28,905 nucleotides of DNA, taken from positions 1 through 28,905 of the IMG/VR virus record IMGVR_UViG_3300016656_000064. One strand, given 5' to 3'. Position numbers and translations under genes: made by a program. Numbering within the stretch: the stretch's first letter is position 1; each line of letters starts with the position of its first letter. Shown here piece after piece: positions 25,068 to 28,905 of the stretch. The DNA is from a virus (Duplodnaviria; Caudoviricetes). The notes below the pieces were generated by a model. That model was not told where the DNA came from and searched no databases. It was given only the letters and a program-made list of their open reading frames with translations.

Positions 25068-25883
25068 ATGGCGGTCTATCTGTACGGCCGGGTGTCAACC
25101 GATGACCAAGCGTTGTCTGCTGACAACCAGCGGCAGATGCTGTTGGATCATGCGGCGCGGCATGGGGTGGTGCCGTCTGGGGTGTTCATCGATGATGACA
25201 TCTCTGGCGGCACGCCTATCCGCATGCGGCCGGAGGGGTCAAAGATGTTTGATGCTTTGCGCCACGGGGGCAAGGTTGTCCTGCTGAAGCTGGACCGTGG
25301 TTTCAGGGATACCATCGACGCCCTTGTCACGGTGCGGGACTGCCGGGAGGTTGGGATTGAATGGCAGTTCCTAGACCTGGGCATGGATACCTCCACCCCT
25401 GTCGGGCAGATGATGATGGCTGTCATGGCCACAGTGGCAGAGATGGAACGCAAGCGGATCGGCGAGCGGGTCCGAGATGCGTGGCAATACCTGAAGCGCA
25501 ACGGCAAGCCTTACGCCACGGCCCGACCATGGGGCTGGACCCGCAAGGGCAAGGGGATCAACGGGGAATGGGTGCCGTGCGAGAAGGAGCGGGAGGTCGC
25601 CAAGAAGATCATCGCCATGCGGCAGGACGGGATGACCTGGGAGCGTATAGCTTTGAAGCTATGCTTGGCCGGCGTGGAGAAGCCGACCAACCGGCCAAAG
25701 AGCCGGCCAATGTACTACCCTTCCGATGTCAGGTCTCTTGCTTTGGCGGCGGAAGACGGATTCCCAACAGATCGGCCAGCGAGGCGGCCAGCGCGTGCGA
25801 CCGGGCGCTCGCAGCTTTCACCGGAAGGGCATGCTCCTCTGCCAGGGCTCGCAAAGTCATCCCCTCAGCGAACCGCTGGGTAG
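25068..25883 (+). CDS. Serine recombinase (resolvase catalytic domain plus short recombinase-like DNA-binding domain)
   Basis: YGRVSTDDQ catalytic Ser, SG..RP, KLDRGFRD, AEMERKRIGER, PWGW and RIA..L. Confidence 0.92.
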   Translation: MAVYLYGRVSTDDQALSADNQRQMLLDHAARHGVVPSGVFIDDDISGGTPIRMRPEGSKMFDALRHGGKVVLLKLDRGFRDTIDALVTVRDCREVGIEWQFLDLGMDTSTPVGQMMMAVMATVAEMERKRIGERVRDAWQYLKRNGKPYATARPWGWTRKGKGINGEWVPCEKEREVAKKIIAMRQDGMTWERIALKLCLAGVEKPTNRPKSRPMYYPSDVRSLALAAEDGFPTDRPARRPARATGRSQLSPEGHAPLPGLAKSSPQRTAG

Positions 25884-26268
25884 CGAACTCCCACACCTCG
25901 TCGGGCAGCGCTTCGATGGCGAGCCTGAGATGATCCAGTTCCTGCACGTAGCTGACCATCTCCTCAGCCATGGAGAGTGGGACGCGGTTCTCTCTGGGTG
26001 TACGCTGGGATCGTTTGATCCACTTTAGCATGGCGTTCAGAACCGCCCGTGCGAAGTAGGCTTTGGGGTACGGCAACCGCTTGGGGTCGTACGTGCGGGC
26101 AGCTTTGACGAGGGCCAAGAAGCCCTCTCCTTCTAAGTCTGGCCTGAGATTTCCACGCTGCCACGGCGGGCGATGCTGGAGGAAATAACCTCCGAGCAAT
26201 GGGACCAGCGAGTAGTACTCTTCGGTGAGCGCCTGCTGACGCTTAGTCAGTCTTTTTCGTACCGTCAC
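25729..26268 (-). CDS. Sigma-70 family RNA polymerase sigma factor (regions 2 and 4)
   Basis: DLEGEGFLALVKAARTYDP (region 2), AIEALP...EGMTLRALAEE (region 4 HTH); AGGAG RBS. Confidence 0.88.
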   Translation of the reverse strand: MTVRKRLTKRQQALTEEYYSLVPLLGGYFLQHRPPWQRGNLRPDLEGEGFLALVKAARTYDPKRLPYPKAYFARAVLNAMLKWIKRSQRTPRENRVPLSMAEEMVSYVQELDHLRLAIEALPDEVWEFATQRFAEGMTLRALAEEHALPVKAASARSHALAASLADLLGIRLPPPKQET

Positions 26269-26407
26269 TCCTGATCAGGTAGCGGAGCATGCCGCCGGCA
26301 AACGGATGCAGTTTGCCGCGTGCGACATCCATCAATATCACTTCAGCTATCTCTTCCTCGTCGCCATCGACATAACAGTACATGTAGACATGCCCGGCAT
26401 GGATCAC
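26243..26407 (-). CDS. Small hypothetical protein
   Basis: GTG at 26407 after the upstream stop. Confidence 0.5.
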   Translation of the reverse strand: MIHAGHVYMYCYVDGDEEEIAEVILMDVARGKLHPFAGGMLRYLIRSDGTKKTD

Positions 26408-26414
26408 GCTGACC

Positions 26415-26708
26415 CTATTCTGGATTACGCTGGAGGCACGCAATGGCAACGGCCGCATGGCCCATGATGTCTAGGTAGGTTTCGATCCGGTCTTCTAGGG
26501 ACAACTGTCCTTGGAGGCGGCGGCGCTTTTCGCCGATGCGGGCAAGCTGGTAGGTGGCAGGATCAATGCCGTCCTCTGCCACTCCAAGAGCATTGGAGAG
26601 CGGGTCCTCACCGCAGCCGTAGTAGTTGCGCTTGCGTGTCAGCAGCGCGTAGCACTGGTCGGTGATCGCCTTGTACGGGTCTGGCGAAATCTCTCCGACA
26701 ATCTCCAC
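26415..26708 (-). CDS. Nmad1/DUF1599-like (MazG/dUTPase-fold) nucleotide-modification-associated protein
   Basis: KRNYYG..DPLSN, RIGEKRRRL and ETYLDIMGH pattern; probable GTG start at 26708. Confidence 0.65.
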   Translation of the reverse strand: MEIVGEISPDPYKAITDQCYALLTRKRNYYGCGEDPLSNALGVAEDGIDPATYQLARIGEKRRRLQGQLSLEDRIETYLDIMGHAAVAIACLQRNPE

Positions 26709-26709
26709 C

Positions 26710-27051
26710 CTACCAAGCAACCTGACGGGAGGCGTGTTCGATTCTTCCGTATTCGGACCAGAATGTCGGGCCGTGAGCGGGATCGTCTGCATTGGGGTCC
26801 TCCAGATGAATCGTTCTGATGTGTGCCCACTCTTCACAGAAAGTGGACACAAGCATCGACTTGTCTGCCAGCGGGCGGATGACAATCACCGCCCTGTTTT
26901 TGACCTCGTCGTACGTGCAGTACCCCAGGTAGCTCTTGTCAGGGATTGCCCTGAGATACACCCTCACTGGCATCTGCACTGGGAACCTCTTCTGTGCCCA
27001 CCTCCGCAGCCGGGCCAGTGTCTTGCGCTGCCAAGATGAATCGGGGGGCAT
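26710..27051 (-). CDS. SprT-like zincin with variant EExxH motif
   Basis: LGYC strand, STFCEEWAH and AHGPTF. Confidence 0.6.
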   Translation of the reverse strand: MPPDSSWQRKTLARLRRWAQKRFPVQMPVRVYLRAIPDKSYLGYCTYDEVKNRAVIVIRPLADKSMLVSTFCEEWAHIRTIHLEDPNADDPAHGPTFWSEYGRIEHASRQVAW

Positions 27052-27334
27052 TGCTTAACTCCATGATCAGCAGCCACGGCCGGGCGTTGCGCTTGTGCAT
27101 CACAACGGGGACCTTGCCGCCGGCATCCCGGGAGGCTTGCTCCAGCCACTGATAGGGATTGCCCCGCTCCGTGCGCTTCACCTCCACATGTATGTTCGGC
27201 TGGGAGATAACGATGTCGGGTGAGTCTTTGGAGCCGGAGAACTGCTGGCCCCTGCGGGCCTGCCCGCCGAAGGTTTCAGACCACGCGGCCGCGGCCTCCC
27301 TCTCTCCCCTGGCACCCTTCTGGCGGCTGTTCAT
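26939..27334 (-). CDS. PD-(D/E)xK nuclease, Holliday junction resolvase-like
   Basis: MNSRQKGARGERE, PDI and HVEVKR motifs. Confidence 0.85.
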   Translation of the reverse strand: MNSRQKGARGEREAAAAWSETFGGQARRGQQFSGSKDSPDIVISQPNIHVEVKRTERGNPYQWLEQASRDAGGKVPVVMHKRNARPWLLIMELSNAPRFILAAQDTGPAAEVGTEEVPSADASEGVSQGNP

Positions 27335-27579
27335 TGGTGCCCCTTCGCAATTCTGAATGCGTAGTCCTTCGCCTCCACGTACCGGAGGTCGGGGAACTGC
27401 TCCAGCATGAGCTGCACCACCTGATGCGGAAGCTTCTTGTTGATCGCCTTCTCATTTTTTACGATCCACTCGCTCACCATCTTCTCCATGCGGCGGTTGA
27501 ATGAATCGACGCCGGCTTCCCAGCAGAATTCCAGTTGGCAGTTTGTGGTTTTGGCCGTGCCGCCCGTGAGCAATCTCAT
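27331..27579 (-). CDS. Hypothetical protein (82 aa)
   Basis: ATGA coupling at both ends. Confidence 0.7.
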   Translation of the reverse strand: MRLLTGGTAKTTNCQLEFCWEAGVDSFNRRMEKMVSEWIVKNEKAINKKLPHQVVQLMLEQFPDLRYVEAKDYAFRIAKGHQ

Positions 27580-27944
27580 TCTTCAGGCTCCTCCGAATTA
27601 AGCAGGTCAGCCACCGCTTCTGTATGGTGGTTAGGCTTGGGCGTGGCGAGCCCGACCCGCTGGAGGTAGTCGGTGACTCCTTCTTCTCCATTGGACAAAT
27701 CCCCCAGCACCCTTCCGTAGGGATCACGCAGCCAGTCCAGCACCAGCAGTTCGATGGTTCCGCTGTGCAGTTCTACCCAGTCAACGATGCCACGCTTCGC
27801 CTCCTCCTCACAGTCCACACCGAAGAGCCGCAGGTAGATGGTGGTGCTGCCCATCATTGGAGGTACGTTTACCCGCACCATCACCGTGTCGGGGGCGGTG
27901 ACGCGGATCACTTGGCAGGTGTAGTCGGTGTCTTCAGTAGGCAT
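27576..27944 (-). CDS. Staphylococcal nuclease (thermonuclease)-like protein
   Basis: VIRVTAPDT, LRLFGVDCEE and RDPYGRVLG; ATG at 27944. Confidence 0.75.
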   Translation of the reverse strand: MPTEDTDYTCQVIRVTAPDTVMVRVNVPPMMGSTTIYLRLFGVDCEEEAKRGIVDWVELHSGTIELLVLDWLRDPYGRVLGDLSNGEEGVTDYLQRVGLATPKPNHHTEAVADLLNSEEPEE

Positions 27945-28527
27945 AGTTGTCACTCGTTGCGACATCGAACGTCTCGGCATGCTCCGCGTGGTAGGTCTCA
28001 TCCTGCACGCGGTACGCCATGTTCCGTGCGCATCCCTTGGACCCAATGAAGTAGCCGTCGATCCACTGGATGCGGTTGGTGGGCAAGGCCAAGAGCCCTC
28101 CGTTGTCCGTTTCAATGACGTGGGCGCACTTGTTCTGCTCTGGGCTCAGAACAAACCCGGGCCGCTCCCAAGAGTCAGGGAGCCAGTCAACGGTGAACCG
28201 ATAGGTTCCCTTGCGTTCCAAGCTTCTGGTGCGGCAAATGCACTGGTGCTCCCTGAGATAGGAGAACACCGTGACAGTTGGCGTGTAGGTGAAACAATCC
28301 CAAAGCGCGCACTCTTGGAGCGGCAGCACCTCTCCACCGGGGGCAGCGAGGATGGCGTGGATGGGGACGCCGCGGTAATGGGCACCGGATCGCAACATCA
28401 CATGGAATGCCAGCGCCCGTCCGGGGACAGACTGAACGGCGAATGCGTACGCCTCCTCCTCGCCCGAGCCCTCACCGATGAGTTCTCTTCGCACCCAACA
28501 ACGCATGTAGGGGATGTCAGCGTTCAT
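27934..28527 (-). CDS. Conserved phage protein of unknown function (LWDCF, YRFTVDW, KCAH, PTNRI motifs)
   Basis: Motif series recalled from aquatic phage genomes. Confidence 0.75.
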   Translation of the reverse strand: MNADIPYMRCWVRRELIGEGSGEEEAYAFAVQSVPGRALAFHVMLRSGAHYRGVPIHAILAAPGGEVLPLQECALWDCFTYTPTVTVFSYLREHQCICRTRSLERKGTYRFTVDWLPDSWERPGFVLSPEQNKCAHVIETDNGGLLALPTNRIQWIDGYFIGSKGCARNMAYRVQDETYHAEHAETFDVATSDNYAY

Positions 28528-28900
28528 TCCGTTGACGCTCTCTCAGGTAAAACTCTGGGATCGCTTCCGGCTCGTATCCCAAGTGCTTCTTGTTCTTCAG
28601 AGCTGCGAGGTGCGCCGGGTCGTAGTTCTCCGGGTCGCTCTCCCGCTTTGCCTGCAACAGTATACGGGCGTTCAGATCAGGAAACAAACCAGATACTCGT
28701 CCGCTGTGATACACATCATGGCATCTGTCACACAGTCGCAGGTAGCACTGCGGTTGGTGCGCCTTTGCGCGGTTCACGCCACTCACCATGTGATGAACAT
28801 GCAGCCTGCGGCCGTACTTGTCCTCTGGCCACCAGCACACCGCACACCTCCGTTGTGATTCGCACCACTGTGCGAGAGCTTCCTGCTCCCGCTTGTTCAT
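28517..28900 (-). CDS. HNH-type nuclease / Zn-binding protein
   Basis: CAVC...HVHH...LCDRCHDVYH. Confidence 0.75.
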   Translation of the reverse strand: MNKREQEALAQWCESQRRCAVCWWPEDKYGRRLHVHHMVSGVNRAKAHQPQCYLRLCDRCHDVYHSGRVSGLFPDLNARILLQAKRESDPENYDPAHLAALKNKKHLGYEPEAIPEFYLRERQRNER

Positions 28901-28905
28901 GTCGC

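Noticed and set aside
25068-25883. IS607-like transposon or integrative element
   Set aside because: No N-terminal MerR-like HTH, no tnpB and no element ends; gene is embedded in the phage early operon
1399-27334. Several long same-strand gene overlaps suggesting a recoded genetic code
   Set aside because: TGA, TAA and TAG all terminate genes normally, often with coupling to the next start, and no common sense codon marks the expected ends

Overview
This window is part of a tailed dsDNA phage or prophage genome (high GC, probably podovirus-like). A Planctomycetota-like host is inferred from Cys-rich GxCC repeats, passenger-associated beta-strand repeats and a planctomycete-style ECF sigma fragment. 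There are three blocks. (1) 1-15141, minus strand, virion morphogenesis in an unusual order: Cys-rich adhesin/fibre, a cassette of small to medium putative internal/ejected proteins (ART-like, HExxH peptidase, ELQSD-domain, DUF6321-like), scaffold, major capsid, decoration proteins, a glycosyltransferase-methyltransferase fusion, putative TerS, and TerL (TerL is missing from the ORF track because it runs off the left edge). (2) 15142-16595, a G-tract/repeat region resembling a packaging or terminus site, a solitary degenerate ECF-sigma-like gene and a hairpin-rich divergent control region. This is followed by 16596-25883, a plus-strand early operon of about 30 short translationally coupled genes ending in a serine recombinase. 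(3) 25729-28900, minus strand: a sigma-70-family factor plus nuclease, nucleotide and protease genes. The most notable observation is that unrelated proteins of the cassette at 7661-12313 share short terminal amphipathic motifs (DxL[IL]xRL after a Gly/Ala-rich stretch, and [DE]K[IVF]RxL), suggesting a modular tag-directed system that loads effectors into the capsid. All family calls are from motif recognition by eye, not database searches.
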